A DNA stretch of 63,345 bases, counting the filler, from Octopus bimaculoides (lineage: Eukaryota), in assembly GCF_001194135.2 (NCBI RefSeq). It is 9 parts of 8 records of this genome, joined end to end, with 100 filler letters (N's around TTAATTAATTAA, not from the genome) between each part and the next. Parts side by side here need not be neighbours in the genome. Positions count along the whole stretch, not along the records: positions 37,213 to 51,952 come from NC_068989.1; positions 52,053 to 56,307 come from NC_068985.1; positions 56,408 to 58,933 come from NW_026330346.1; positions 59,034 to 61,367 come from NC_069010.1; positions 61,468 to 63,345 come from NW_026316950.1; 4 more parts are not named here. The stretch is one strand, 5' to 3'. A program made the position numbers and the translations under genes. Below, piece by piece: positions 51,547 to 63,345 of this stretch (position 1 is its first letter; every line of letters starts with the position of its first letter). Under the pieces are notes generated by a model. The model had not been told where the DNA came from. It searched no databases and saw nothing but the letters and a program-made list of their open reading frames with translations.

Positions 51547-52992
51547 TTTTTATTATAGGCACAAGGCCTGAAATTTGGAGGAAGGGGATAGTCTGAACGT
51601 TCCAGATTAGCGAGACAACTCGTGAACTGCTTTTATTTTGATATTTAATTTGGTTTCATATGTGTCACGCTGCAGCACATCAGCAAATAGACTTCACACC
51701 ATTTGCATGTATGTCTCAGCTCGATGATTCATTTCATTTTGAAGTAAATCGAGTTAATGATGCTGAAGAGCTATAACGATGCAAAAATTTCGACATCTAT
51801 CATTCTCGTTCACATCTTATGTCATATCTGGGGCACTCAATGTTTTTAACACTCGGCGTCGTGTAGGTAGCTTTCTCAGGACAGCATCCCGCAGCAAATT
51901 GACGTACAAACAAAATACATACACTATGTTTGTACAACAGTATATATATATANNNNNNNNNNNNNNNNNNNNNNNNNNNNNNNNNNNNNNNNNNNNTTAA
52001 TTAATTAANNNNNNNNNNNNNNNNNNNNNNNNNNNNNNNNNNNNNNNNNNNNATATATATATATATATACATGTATATATGTTTATATATAAGCTTGTGT
52101 ATATGTATGTATATACCTCCTACTGGGAAAGAAGGACGGTCCGTAACGGGTTCACTCTGTTATGTTTGAGTAGAGTAGACCAAATCGAAATGATATATTT
52201 TGCTCGAGAACATAATGTATCACCTGGCGGAGAAGTCGAAACCACAATTTTCCTTGCATGCGTGTAACAGCTCTCTGAAACGTCGTGCGCTTGCAGTGAC
52301 AGACAGACACACGTACACATACACACACAAACACAAATTCATGCGTGAATTCTAATATAGTTCAATTATGTCTTTACACATTTTTGAAAGAATCTTGCGT
52401 ATCGTAAACGCTGGGATTTTGGGGTGTGGAATTTGAAATGTGTTACGAATACATTTCTACTGCCCTTAAGTGTGTTTACCTCTCAACACTATGGCTACCA
52501 ACGTTACTAATGGTGCTACTTCTCCAACTACTACTATTATTAATACTATTATTTATAATACTACTACTATTACTATATATTTAATGTATGTAGTTCCAAA
52601 AATTAAATTTATGAACAATTAAGTTTAAGGAAGTGTTAAGCAAATATATTCCATATAGACGCTTTTATATTAAATATGTCCTCCGCTTAAAAGAATATTA
52701 ATCTTGAGATTATTGTACGTCATCAGCTAACATATGAATCACTTGGTAAAAGTTCTGATAAGTTTGTAAGTGTTTTACGATAGTCACTTGCATAATGATC
52801 ATAGCTAAGACTGACACAGTGTAAATATCTTGTAATATAGTCTACAACAGTTGCATGAGTATCTGCTTATTTACCTATCTACTCCTCTGTCTACCCGTCA
52901 ATCAATCTTTATTGTAAACATATGCATAAATAAAACAGAACGATATATGTACGCGTGTGAATCTCGATAAACTAAATTCCGTTGATGCTCAC

Positions 52993-53144
52993 CTAATTTT
53001 CTTTACATCGCTTACAACAAGCTCCCTTTCACGACTGCAGGAACATCTGGCTATGATCTCTGCGGTTGCATTGTACATCCTCTAAATCTGTGTACATGTT
53101 ACTTTTGCCAATAGCACGCATAAGATTAACGTTAATAAGCATCC
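52993..53144 (-). other. Candidate 152-nt exon
   Basis: Branch point TACTAAC, acceptor GGTTACAG and donor TAG|GTGAGC; frame 0 is open except for one TAG. Confidence 0.3.
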
Positions 53145-55519
53145 CTGTAACCGTGTGAGCAAGTTAGTATGATAACTTGCTGGGCAATGCCTCAGAAAAC
53201 AGAACTATGTTTTCAGATGTATATAACAGTCAAAGATATATCTGATAATAAACCAATTCACGTTCCACTGATTTTAAACAAAAACAATTCCTATTCATCT
53301 ATCTTCTTTCTAAAATAATGACAAAATTAATCCAACAGGTATGAACGTCTTCCTTGACGTTAAAAGGCTGGGAACCGAACAGCTGACCTAATGCCGAAAT
53401 ATGATACCAATAATATTGTACATAGAAAAAAGTGTTCGCAGAGACGGATGCATATATGTAAGAATATTTAAATGCCCGCAAAACTACTTCGTAACGCGAA
53501 TCCACCAAACTTCAATATGCGCTTAAATAAAGAGGCATTTCTTTTTTTTATCTAAACATATATTTCTGTTAAAATAGTATATTAACAATGCCTTTCACAA
53601 TTTTTGGAATCGCAATATTAACAAGAATACAATTTACTAATTCAAATTAGCGAAGCAGAACAATATAATGAAGAAAAATGTTCCGCTGCCTCTAAAAAAA
53701 GAAAAAAAAGAAAATTGTAAACACATAAAACAGGTTGCATAAAAGATGATCGGAGACGAATATTTGGCGTTCACGGAGGCCATTCGCAGCAGTTCACTGA
53801 TGTTTACTGAAAATATATTGGAGTGGAATTAGCAGAACTGGTGGAGCGCAGTTTTTTGCGACTCACCCAAGAATCAATAACTTATAATTACCAGCCAAAC
53901 AAAAAGTCATGTTTTATACACACACATACACACACACAGACACACACACACACACATACATACACACACACATATATATATATATGTATATNNNNNNNNN
54001 NNNNNNNNNNNNNNNNNNNNNNNNNNNNNNNNNNNNNNNNNNNNNNNNNNNNNNNNNNNNNNNNNNNNNNNNNNNNNNNNNNNNNNNNNNNNNNNNNNNN
54101 NNNNNNNNNNNNNNNNNNNNNNNNNNNNNNNNNNNNNNNNNNNNNNNNNNNNNNNNNNNNNNNNNNNNNNNNNNNNNNNNNNNNNNNNNNNNNNNNNNNN
54201 NNNNNNNNNNNNNNNNNNNNNNNNNNNNNNNNNNNNNNNNNNNNNNNNNNNNNNNNNNNNNNNNNNNNNNNNNNNNNNNNNNNNNNNNNNNNNNNNNNNN
54301 NNNNNNNNNNNNNNNNNNNNNNNNNNNNNNNNNNNNNNNNNNNNNNNNNNNNNNNNNNNNNNNNNNNNNNNNNNNNNNNNNNNNNNNNNNNNNNNNNNNN
54401 NNNNNNNNNNNNNNNNNNNNNNNNNNNNNNNNNNNNNNNNNNNNNNNNNNNNNNNNNNNNNNNNNNNNNNNNNNNNNNNNNNNNNNNNNNNNNNNNNNNN
54501 NNNNNNNNNNCTAATTAACTTTGACTGACTAATTGTGATTGTAGATTTCGCTGAGTGAAAATTATGCATCACGTCTCACAATATACGAGAGGGGAGGGAC
54601 ATAATCATAATATGCTTGTCTTCAATCATACTCTGATGGCAATAAAGCCATTAGTCATAAACCTGCCTCTACGGGAGACATGTATTGTACAGACTTTAAA
54701 TACATTTTTAGTTTCTACCGAATATAATTTTTGTTTTGTGATTGTCTGCGTAGACAATGACTGTCATTTCCTGCTTTACTCAATTCCTGTCTTTCATTTT
54801 TCATACACACACAAGCACACACATACAATCACACACACACACACAATCACACACACACACACAATCACACACACACATAGATACACACTTATACACACAC
54901 GTATGCACAAACACACACACGCACACACGCATTCATACACAGACATACCCACACACACATCTAAACACTCTATTTCTGCCTCAAATAATTTCTACCGATA
55001 TGGCTGTCATCTCTGTAATCTGTCGAAGAGTATTGCCGTTCGCTTGAAGCAGTGTGTATTGCTTGTAAATAATACAATGTTTCGAAAGGTACAACAATGC
55101 CCTATAATACAAATAGTGGACTATATACCTGCTGTAATATAACCATCCACAGTTTGATAATATTTCGGAATAAAATTCCTTCCTCAGATAGTTATCCCTA
55201 GAAATTCATGGAGTTGCTGCTATATTCAGTTTTCTCAGTAATTAGATATAAAATTTGCCAGAAAGCGAAACACATGAGCTGCTCTACATTTGTGTACTTG
55301 AAACATCATTATTAAAACTTGATTGGAAAACTGCGAGCAAACTGGATCATAAGCCCGTGGTAGAAAATGCTTTGCATCATTTATTACATTCTACCTACTC
55401 TGTGGCCCATTCTCCCTTTCATTGTTTCAAGTTCGATAAAAATGAAATACCAGTCAAATGCTCCTCCTTTGTAAATCAATTCCCCCCTCCCCTAAAACTA
55501 CTTCCTTGTTCATAAATTT

Positions 55520-55659
55520 ATATTATTCACATTAGATGGATATTTGTCCTCATCTTGTTTGTTCTTAACACAACGTCTCGCCTGATATGCTGTACAGCTT
55601 TCAGCGGCTGTCTAGCGGAAATTTCGAACATGTGTTCTCATTCCTAAATTATTTTTCGA

Positions 55660-55738
<79 letters not shown>

Positions 55739-55764
55739 ATTATTATTATTATTATTATTATTAC

Positions 55765-55832
<68 letters not shown>

Positions 55833-55921
55833 GTATGCCCACGGGCATATTGCGTAATGGTTAAGAGCGAGGGCTACTAACCTCAAGATTCCGAGATCAA
55901 TTCCAGGCAGGGACCTGAATA
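55520..55921. mobile_element. Composite: minus-strand repeat body, long (TTA)n, palindrome, plus-strand tRNA-like head
   Basis: GCGTAATGGTTAAGAGCG and GAGATCAATTCC A/B-box-like motifs at 55852-55921. Confidence 0.6.
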
Positions 55922-56307
55922 GAAACACTACTACAGACAGTACACGGCTTTACCAAGGAAATAGATATGAAATTCGGATTAGAAAAATGTGCCAAAGCAA
56001 CCCTGAAAAGAGGAAAATTACTTAAAAGTAGCAATATAACACTAGATAAAGCCAATGAAATAAGAGAAATAGACGAAAGCCAACCATATAAGTATTTAGG
56101 AGTCAATGAACTAGATAGGATACAACATACACAAATGAAAGAAAAAATAAAGAAAGAGTACTATAGTCGAGTTAGATCAATACTAAAAACAGAGTTCAAT
56201 GCTAAAAACAAGATAATGGGTATCAACACTTTAGCTGTCCCAGTTATAAGCTACAGCTACAACATCCTTAACTGGACACTAAACGAACTATGTAAAATAG
56301 ACAGGAA
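55922..56307 (+). mobile_element. R4/Dong-like LINE RT fragment with an uninterrupted reading frame
   Basis: MKFGLEKCAK..YKYLGV..IKKEYYSRVRSILKTEFNAKNKIMGINTLAVPVISYSY..NW; truncated by a scaffold join. Confidence 0.92.
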
Positions 56308-56949
56308 NNNNNNNNNNNNNNNNNNNNNNNNNNNNNNNNNNNNNNNNNNNNTTAATTAATTAANNNNNNNNNNNNNNNNNNNNNNNNNNNNNNNNNNNNN
56401 NNNNNNNATAAGCGCATGATATATTCGTTCTTCACGCGTTTGTTATTGTTTTCATGTTATCTAAAGTTTATTGTCTGGAAATCTGTCGATACACAGCTGT
56501 GACTTCTTCAGCGGCTATTCCAGCCACGTGTATCCCCCTATTCTGTGTCTGATACATCCATATGTTTCTGATGGATGGAAGAATCGTTGAAGAGGTCACA
56601 AATGTGTAACGAGAGATCCCTGGTCAATTGACATACGATAAAGTAAGAACAGTAATAAACGGGTGCATGTGTTTATTTGCCCCCCCNNNNNNNNNNNNNN
56701 NNNNNNNNNNNNNNNNNNNNNNNNNNNNNNNNNNNNNNNNNNNNNNNNNNNNNNNNNNNNNNNNNNNNNNNNNNNNNNNNNNNNGTCTTTGTCTGTGTCT
56801 GTGTCTGTGTGTGAGCTGCACCGGTTGGACACCGGAATGATATTTAATCACTCTATGGAGCGTTTGGGTGTCGGTTTGGTATCTGGNNNNNNNNNNNNNN
56901 NNNNNNNNNNNNNNNNNNNNNNNNNNNNNNNNNNNNNNNNNNNNNNGGT

Positions 56950-58933
56950 AATCTACCAAGAAGGAAATATCCAAAATAAAACCTGAGGCCTTGGAAGTTC
57001 CCGATTTTGTCAATTCTCATACCACACCGGCGAAAGTCTTCTTGGCCCAATAGGTGCGGGTAGTGTAGTGCAAGCTACACCCACCGGAAATTATTCATCT
57101 GCACAGGTACGTCTTGTACACCCGATCTAACTAAAATCATTGAATTGGTTGATAGAAACCTAAAAATGCACTTACGACTTACTCTGAAATGTCTCAAAGA
57201 TNNNNNNNNNNTAGAAACCTAAAAATGCACTTACGACTTACTCTGAAATGTCTCAAAGATTCAGTAAATGGCAAAATAGGCTTGGAAACGACAAGGGAAC
57301 AAATCTGGCTCGGCAGGTGTCCCAGTGTGTCACAGGCTGGGCCCAGTCGTTATCCTGCCACTGTAGCCAAACAGTTTTCAAGAAGAAAAAATAAACATCC
57401 TCTCAAATTTGGCTGTTGGAATNNNNNNNNNNCGCACACTTCTAGATGATAATTTCAACAAGAGGCCAGAAAGGTATACTGCACATATTGCATATGAGCT
57501 CAAAGATATTTCCTTGATATAGTTGTGCTCTCTGAAGCCAGTCTCTCCGGTGAGGGTCAAATAAATGAGTCTACTTGTAGATATACTACCTGAGACTTAC
57601 CTGAAGGTCAGCGTAGAGAATCTGGTGTTGGATTTGCTCTCAAGAATTCTTNNNNNNNNNNNNNNNNNNNNNNNNNNNNNNNNNNNNNNNNNNNNNNNNN
57701 NNNNNNNNNNNNNNNNNNNNNNNNNNNNNNNNNNNNNNNNNNNNNNNNNNNNNNNNNNNNNNNNNNNNNNNNNNNNNNNNNNNNNNNNNNNNTTTTATGA
57801 TGATCTAGCACAATTATTGAAGAAAGTACCAATTTCTGACAAACTGATCATATTGGGAGATTTCAACGCAAAAGTTGGAAATGACTACATTTCATGATCT
57901 GCTTTAGGTCTACATGGGATTGGGAAATGTAATAAAATTGGGATAGATCTTTTGATATTTTGTACTGAGAATGATCTGATTGTTGCCAACACTCTGTTTG
58001 AGTAGAAAAATAAATATAAAATCACCTGAATGCACCTAAGATCTAAGTCTGGCATCTCATAGATTATATTTTGATTAGAAAGCGTGATATGAAAGATGTT
58101 CCTAGTATTCGAACAATGAAACGAGCAGAGCTGAATTGACCATCGTCTAGTGTGTGGAAAAATGAATTTTTCAATAGTGCCTAAAATTCGACAGTCTTGT
58201 TCTAAAGTCCCCAAAATATTAAATGTTGCCAACTTCAAATTACCAAGCAACTTCCAAAGATTCCACGATGCTATAGGAAATATTAATCTTGATCCCAGCA
58301 ATCTATGGAAAGATTTCAAAACAAAAGTATTTGAGGCTGCAAGTTCTTCAGTGGGATTTAAATCGTGTAAGTCCAGCGACTGGTTTCCAGACAACTCGTC
58401 AGAAATTCATGGTCTACTTTTAGAAAAACAAAACTTAGGCAATACACTTTTTTCTCAGTCATTGAACCCCAACTCAAACGAAGCTTACAGAAAGCTGAAA
58501 TAGTAAGTGCAGATTGCTCTAAGGAAAATTAAACAGGAATGTCGGAATNNNNNNNNNNAGAGCAAAAGGGGCGCAAGAAGCAGCTGATAGAAATAATGCC
58601 AAGGTTTTATGGCATTAAAACCAATTCTAAATGACATTTATTTATCTGTGAATAAGCTGAATAACAATAAGTCTCTAGAGTTTGATGGAATCTGTACAGA
58701 GGTCTTGAAATATGACGGTGACAAAATGTTTGAACTCTTAGATATATTAATTTGTCACTGTCGGAGAACTGAGTAAGTGCTTCAAGACTGGATTGATGTC
58801 GTTTTAGTCTCTTTACATAAATCGGGCCAAAAGATCAGTGTATTAATTTTCGTGAGATTTCGCTTTTGTCTGTAGTTGGAAAAGTACTTGCCCGCATTCT
58901 GTTAGAACGTTTAAATACCTTCATAGTTCCAAA
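56950..58933 (+). mobile_element. RTE LINE 5' half (UTR, APE, start of RT), decayed and gapped
   Basis: KFGCWN, SGVGFA, IILGDFNAKVG, LIVANTLF, HLIDYI, DHRLV and NFREISLLSVVGKVLARILLERL. Confidence 0.92.
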
Positions 58934-59084
58934 NNNNNNNNNNNNNNNNNNNNNNNNNNNNNNNNNNNNNNNNNNNNTTAATTAATTAANNNNNNNNNNN
59001 NNNNNNNNNNNNNNNNNNNNNNNNNNNNNNNNNAGCATTTTTTTTCTTCATGATCTTTGACAACTATATCTGGTCTATTATTAT

Positions 59085-59390
59085 TATTATTATTATTGTT
59101 CAGTAGTTTTATTTTTATAACGTGCTTTCACTTCACTACCGAGCGCATCTCTGTGTGCCTTGGGTATGTGCTGTGGTTTACTGTGGTGCTCTTATGTTTA
59201 CTGTATTGAAAGTGTTTTGTGTAGGATGTGTGCAGTGCCCAGAAGTGCAATTTTCTGTATGTTATATATATTTGTTAGTCCTGGTGTTTTTGTTATGTAT
59301 TTGTCTGAATATTTTTTTATTATACCTAAGGCGCCTACTATGATAGGAATTGTTTCTGTTTTTAGATTCCACATTCGAGTTACATTATTA
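59085..59390 (-). mobile_element. 5'-truncated R4/Dong-like LINE 3' end inserted in (TAA)n
   Basis: TIPIIVGALGII..IQKIALLGTAHILHKTLSIQ*; (TTA)n on both flanks. Confidence 0.92.
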
Positions 59391-59624
59391 TTATTATTAT
59401 TGTTGTTGTTGTTGTTGTCCCAAAGAGACGTATAAGCAAAATGGTATGATTTAAACATATTCAGCCTTTCCTCTTCTTCTCTATGCTCCTTTTCTTTTCT
59501 CTTCTTTTATGTCTGTATTTTCCTTCACTCTGGTGAAGCTCCATCTTCCAGATCAGTTTTATTACCCAATAGGATGACTATTATTTTTAGCATATCAATG
59601 GTAATACCATATAACATTGGATGC

Positions 59625-59983
59625 AGAAAGAGTTGTTAGGTGGAATGCAGTCTATTTCCTTCATTGGACATGAAACTCGGCTTGCAGAGACCTGTTGAGG
59701 CAAGTGAAAGCGAAATCGTGATGGCACCTGTGCCCAGCGTCGCCTTCCTGGCACTTGTGCCGGTGGCACATGTAAGACATTCAAGCGAGATTGTTGCCAG
59801 TGCCGCTGGACTGGCTCCTGTGCAGGTGGCACGCAAAATACACCATTTCGAGCATGGCCATTGCCAGTACCGCCTGACTGGCCCTCGTGCCAGTGGCACG
59901 TAAAAGCACCCACTACACTCTCGGAGTGGTTGGCGTTAGGAAGGGCATCCAGCTGTAGAAACTCTACCAAATCAGATTGGAGC
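59625..59983 (+). mobile_element. Family E retroelement with tandem hairpin units
   Basis: Three GTGC(C/A)(G/A)GTGGCAC units followed by the family tail. Confidence 0.8.
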
Positions 59984-60544
59984 NNNNNNNNNNNNNNNNN
60001 NNNNNNNNNNNNNNNNNNNNNNNNNNNNNNNNNNNNNNNNNNNNNNNNNNNNNNNNNNNNNNNNNNNNNNNNNNNNNNNNNNNNNNNNNNNNNNNNNNNN
60101 NNNNNNNNNNNNNNNNNNNNNNNNNNNNNNNNNNNNNNNNNNNNNNNNNNNNNNNNNNNNNNNNNNNNNNNNNNNNNNNNNNNNNNNNNNNNNNNNNNNN
60201 NNNNNNNNNNNNNNNNNNNNNNNNNNNNNNNNNNNNNNNNNNNNNNNNNNNNNNNNNNNNNNNNNNNNNNNNNNNNNNNNNNNNNNNNNNNNNNNNNNNN
60301 NNNNNNNNNNNNNNNNNNNNNNNNNNNNNNNNNNNNNNNNNNNNNNNNNNNNNNNNNNNNNNNNNNNNNNNNNNNNNNNNNNNNNNNNNNNTATATATAT
60401 ATATATATGTATGTATGTATATATGGTAAATGGAAGATGGAATATACAAAATTTTAATTATTAATCATGACAATTGTTTCGACACATCTAGCAGTCTTCC
60501 CTCATGGGTGGGACAGACATCCAAGTGACTGCAAAGCGAGCTTC

Positions 60545-60740
60545 TCTGACCACACAGCCATACTGTAAACATGACAGGCTTCCACACAGTTTCCATCTAC
60601 CAAATTCCTTCACAAGGCATTGGTCGACCCAGGGCTGTAGTAGAAGGCACTCACTCACTCACCCAAAGTGGCGGGCGATGGGATTGAACTTATGTCTGAA
60701 TGGCTCCAGAGCGAGGGTCTTTGACCACACAGCCACACTG
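60545..60740 (-). mobile_element. SINE family A 5' half, decayed
   Basis: CAGTTTCCATCTACCAAATTCCTTCACAAGGC matches the reverse complement of family A. Confidence 0.75.
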
Positions 60741-61060
60741 TAAACAAACAAAACAAACAAACAAACAAAGCACACACACATACACACAAAAGAAAAGTCA
60801 GTCTGCCAATCCTTGCACTCTTCTTGCTCCTCCACCACCATCATCACCATCACCACTACTGCCACCAGTGACTACACAGTTTCATCACCCCCGCCCCTAC
60901 CTCACCGCTTCCAACCTCGTCTTCACCTCACCCCCCTTTTGGCAAACTCTGCTCCACCCCAATTCTTCCGTCACCAACTCCTTTGATTTCTTATTGATTT
61001 GGGCAAACAGCAACAACAACAGCTACAACGACGATGATAATGGTGATGATGATGATGGTA

Positions 61061-61095
<35 letters not shown>

Positions 61096-61662
61096 CGTGA
61101 TTATGATGATGATGGGGAGGAGGTGGAGTAGAAGGGTTACAATAACGATTATGATGATGACAGTGATGATGGTGGTGGTGGTGGTGGTCGTGGTGATGGT
61201 GATGTGGTGATGACGATAGCTACGACGGTGACGACAAGGATGAAGGTAACTGTTTTTTCCTTTCACTTCCTGCCCCCCTCCCCCCGTGCATATTTGTCAC
61301 CCCCTCCCGTTCCTCACACACCCTCACATTCCTCGCCCTGCCCCCCATCCTCCACCCTCTCTGCTTGNNNNNNNNNNNNNNNNNNNNNNNNNNNNNNNNN
61401 NNNNNNNNNNNTTAATTAATTAANNNNNNNNNNNNNNNNNNNNNNNNNNNNNNNNNNNNNNNNNNNNATATGACGGGCTTCTTTCAGTTTCTGTCTACCA
61501 AATCCACTCACAAAGTTATGTGGTTGGTAAGCCAGCTTCTTACCACACAGCTACTCTTATGTTATGTTGAATACATGTAATTAAAACAAGTAAAATATAG
61601 TAAAAAAAAGTTTAAAAAAACAAAAGAATTAATTTCTTTAACGTTTTTTTTATGTAATAACA

Positions 61663-61989
61663 GTGGAGGCGCAATGGCCCAGTGGTTAGGGCAGCGGACT
61701 CGCGGTCATAGGATCGCGGTTTCGATTCCTAGACCGGGCATTGTGAGTGTTTATTGAGCGAAATCACCTAAAAGCTCCACGAGGCTCCGGCAAGGGTTGG
61801 TGGCAAACCCTGCTGTACTCTTTCACCACAACTTTCTCTCACTCTTACTTCCTGTTTCTGTTGTGCCTGTAATTCAAAGGGGTCAGCCTTGTCACACTCT
61901 GTGTCACGCTGAATATCCCCAAGAACTACGTTAAGGGTACACGTGTCTGTGGAGTGCTCAGCCACTTGCATGTTAATTTCACGAGCAGG
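61663..61989 (+). mobile_element. SINE family B, truncated by a gap
   Basis: Well-preserved A and B boxes; aligns with the reverse complement of 42884-43262. Confidence 0.92.
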
Positions 61990-63204
61990 NNNNNNNNNNN
62001 NNNNNNNNNNNNNNNNNNNNNNNNNNNNNNNNNNNNNNNNNNNNNNNNNNNNNNNNNNNNNNNNNNNNNNNNNNNNNNNNNNNNNNNNNNNNNNNNNNNN
62101 NNNNNNNNNNNNNNNNNNNNNNNNNNNNNNNNNNNNNNNNNNNNNNNNNNNNNNNNNNNNNNNNNNNNNNNNNNNNNNNNNNNNNNNNNNNNNNNNNNNN
62201 NNNNNNNNNNNNNNNNNNNNNNNNNNNNNNNNNNNNNNNNNNNNNNNNNNNNNNNNNNNNNNNNNNNNNNNNNNNNNNNNNNNNNNNNNNNNNNNNNNNN
62301 NNNNNNNNNNNNNNNNNNNNNNNNNNNNNNNNNNNNNNNNNNNNNNNNNNNNNNNNNNNNNNNNNNNNNNNNNNNNNNNNNNNNNNNNNNNNNNNNNNNN
62401 NNNNNNNNNNNNNNNNNNNNNNNNNNNNNNNNNNNNNNNNNNNNNNNNNNNNNNNNNNNNNNNNNNNNNNNNNNNNNNNNNNNNNNNNNNNNNNNNNNNN
62501 NNNNNNNNNNNNNNNNNNNNNNNNNNNNNNNNNNNNNNNNNNNNNNNNNNNNNNNNNNNNNNNNNNNNNNNNNNNNNNNNNNNNNNNNNNNNNNNNNNNN
62601 NNNNNNNNNNNNNNNNNNNNNNNNNNTGACTTACCAGTTTTTTTTGTGTTTTTTTAAATACTTAGGGCTTATAATTTTCAGTTTTGCTTAAATAGCTATT
62701 GTGTAATTTTTTGAATATATAATTTTGTAACATCAAATTTTTAATGTGTAAACTTGTAGGCAATTAGTCTTCTCATTAAAACTGAAAATAAAATGGTTCT
62801 TGAGCATTTTAATTTCAACTTTTAAGTAAAAATAGAAATATAAAGGGCATTTATTTGTATTTTAGGATTGCACTTGGTTTACAGGTGGTACTCTACGAAC
62901 ATGTAATCAACCAGTCCATATCCTGAAAAATAACAACAAACACCTCAGTTATAACAATAAGAGTAACACAATCAAAAGTGGTAAGAACAACTACGTTAGC
63001 AACAGCAGCAATACGAAAATGTTTATATTAATTTGTAACACATTTCGGGAGATTTGAACATGAATTTGATAATCACTGTTGCACTGCACCTTTGGGAAAC
63101 AAATTAAACCTCTGACGACATGTGACGTAAGAAGACTTTGAGACAAAGGTGTCTCAAAACCATTGAGCCTCTTCAGTTAAGGTTTGTTTTCTTTAAAGAA
63201 GTGA

Positions 63205-63345
63205 TCGTTGCCAGAGCACCAGCTGTCTGGCTTTTGTGCCGGTGGCACGTAAATAGCACCGCTTGAGCGTGACCGTTACCTACATCGCCTTCCTGGCACG
63301 TGAAAAGACATTCGAGCAAGTTCGTTGCCAGTACTGCTGGACTGG
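63205..63345 (+). mobile_element. Family E retroelement, internal part
   Basis: CTGGCTTTTGTGCCGGTGGCACGTAAA unit and CGCCTTCCTGGCAC as in 59625-59983. Confidence 0.8.

Noticed and set aside
53299-53520. Possible transposase remnant
   Set aside because: No diagnostic motif could be read in any frame.
56810-57130. HDV-like ribozyme at the 5' end of the second RTE
   Set aside because: The expected region is interrupted by gaps and no consistent P1-P4 set could be assembled.
57151-57260. Tandem 48-bp duplication around a 10-N gap
   Set aside because: Identical sequence on both sides of a minimal gap indicates unmerged contig overlap.
61663-61740. tRNA gene (also at 40461 and other SINE heads)
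   Set aside because: The A and B boxes continue into SINE bodies and there is no complete cloverleaf, so these are SINE heads.

Overview
AT-rich, repeat-dominated animal genomic DNA. It is probably from a coleoid cephalopod (Octopus-like), an inference from the tRNA-derived SINE families and the extreme microsatellite density. No confidently identifiable protein-coding host gene is present, and most ORFs in the supplied track are translations of microsatellites or N-gaps. The window holds decayed retrotransposons (RTE x4, R4/Dong-like x4, Penelope-like x2, CR1/Jockey-like, CRE/NeSL-like), DNA transposon relics (Chapaev3-like, mariner, several TA-targeting MITEs, a Helitron/Helentron-like piece) and more than 30 SINE copies whose heads and tails are modular. 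It is also stitched at eight artificial 100-bp joins carrying a TTAATTAATTAA linker, so long-range adjacency is not sequence-supported. The most interesting leads are all tentative: a decayed HDV-like ribozyme layout at an RTE 5' end, several decayed hammerhead-like motifs, a 189-bp insert with a 19-bp TSD and a short ORF, a palindrome-centred tRNA-head/Dong-LINE junction, and a phase-compatible chain of candidate minus-strand exons, one with a structured branch point and a single in-frame UAG.
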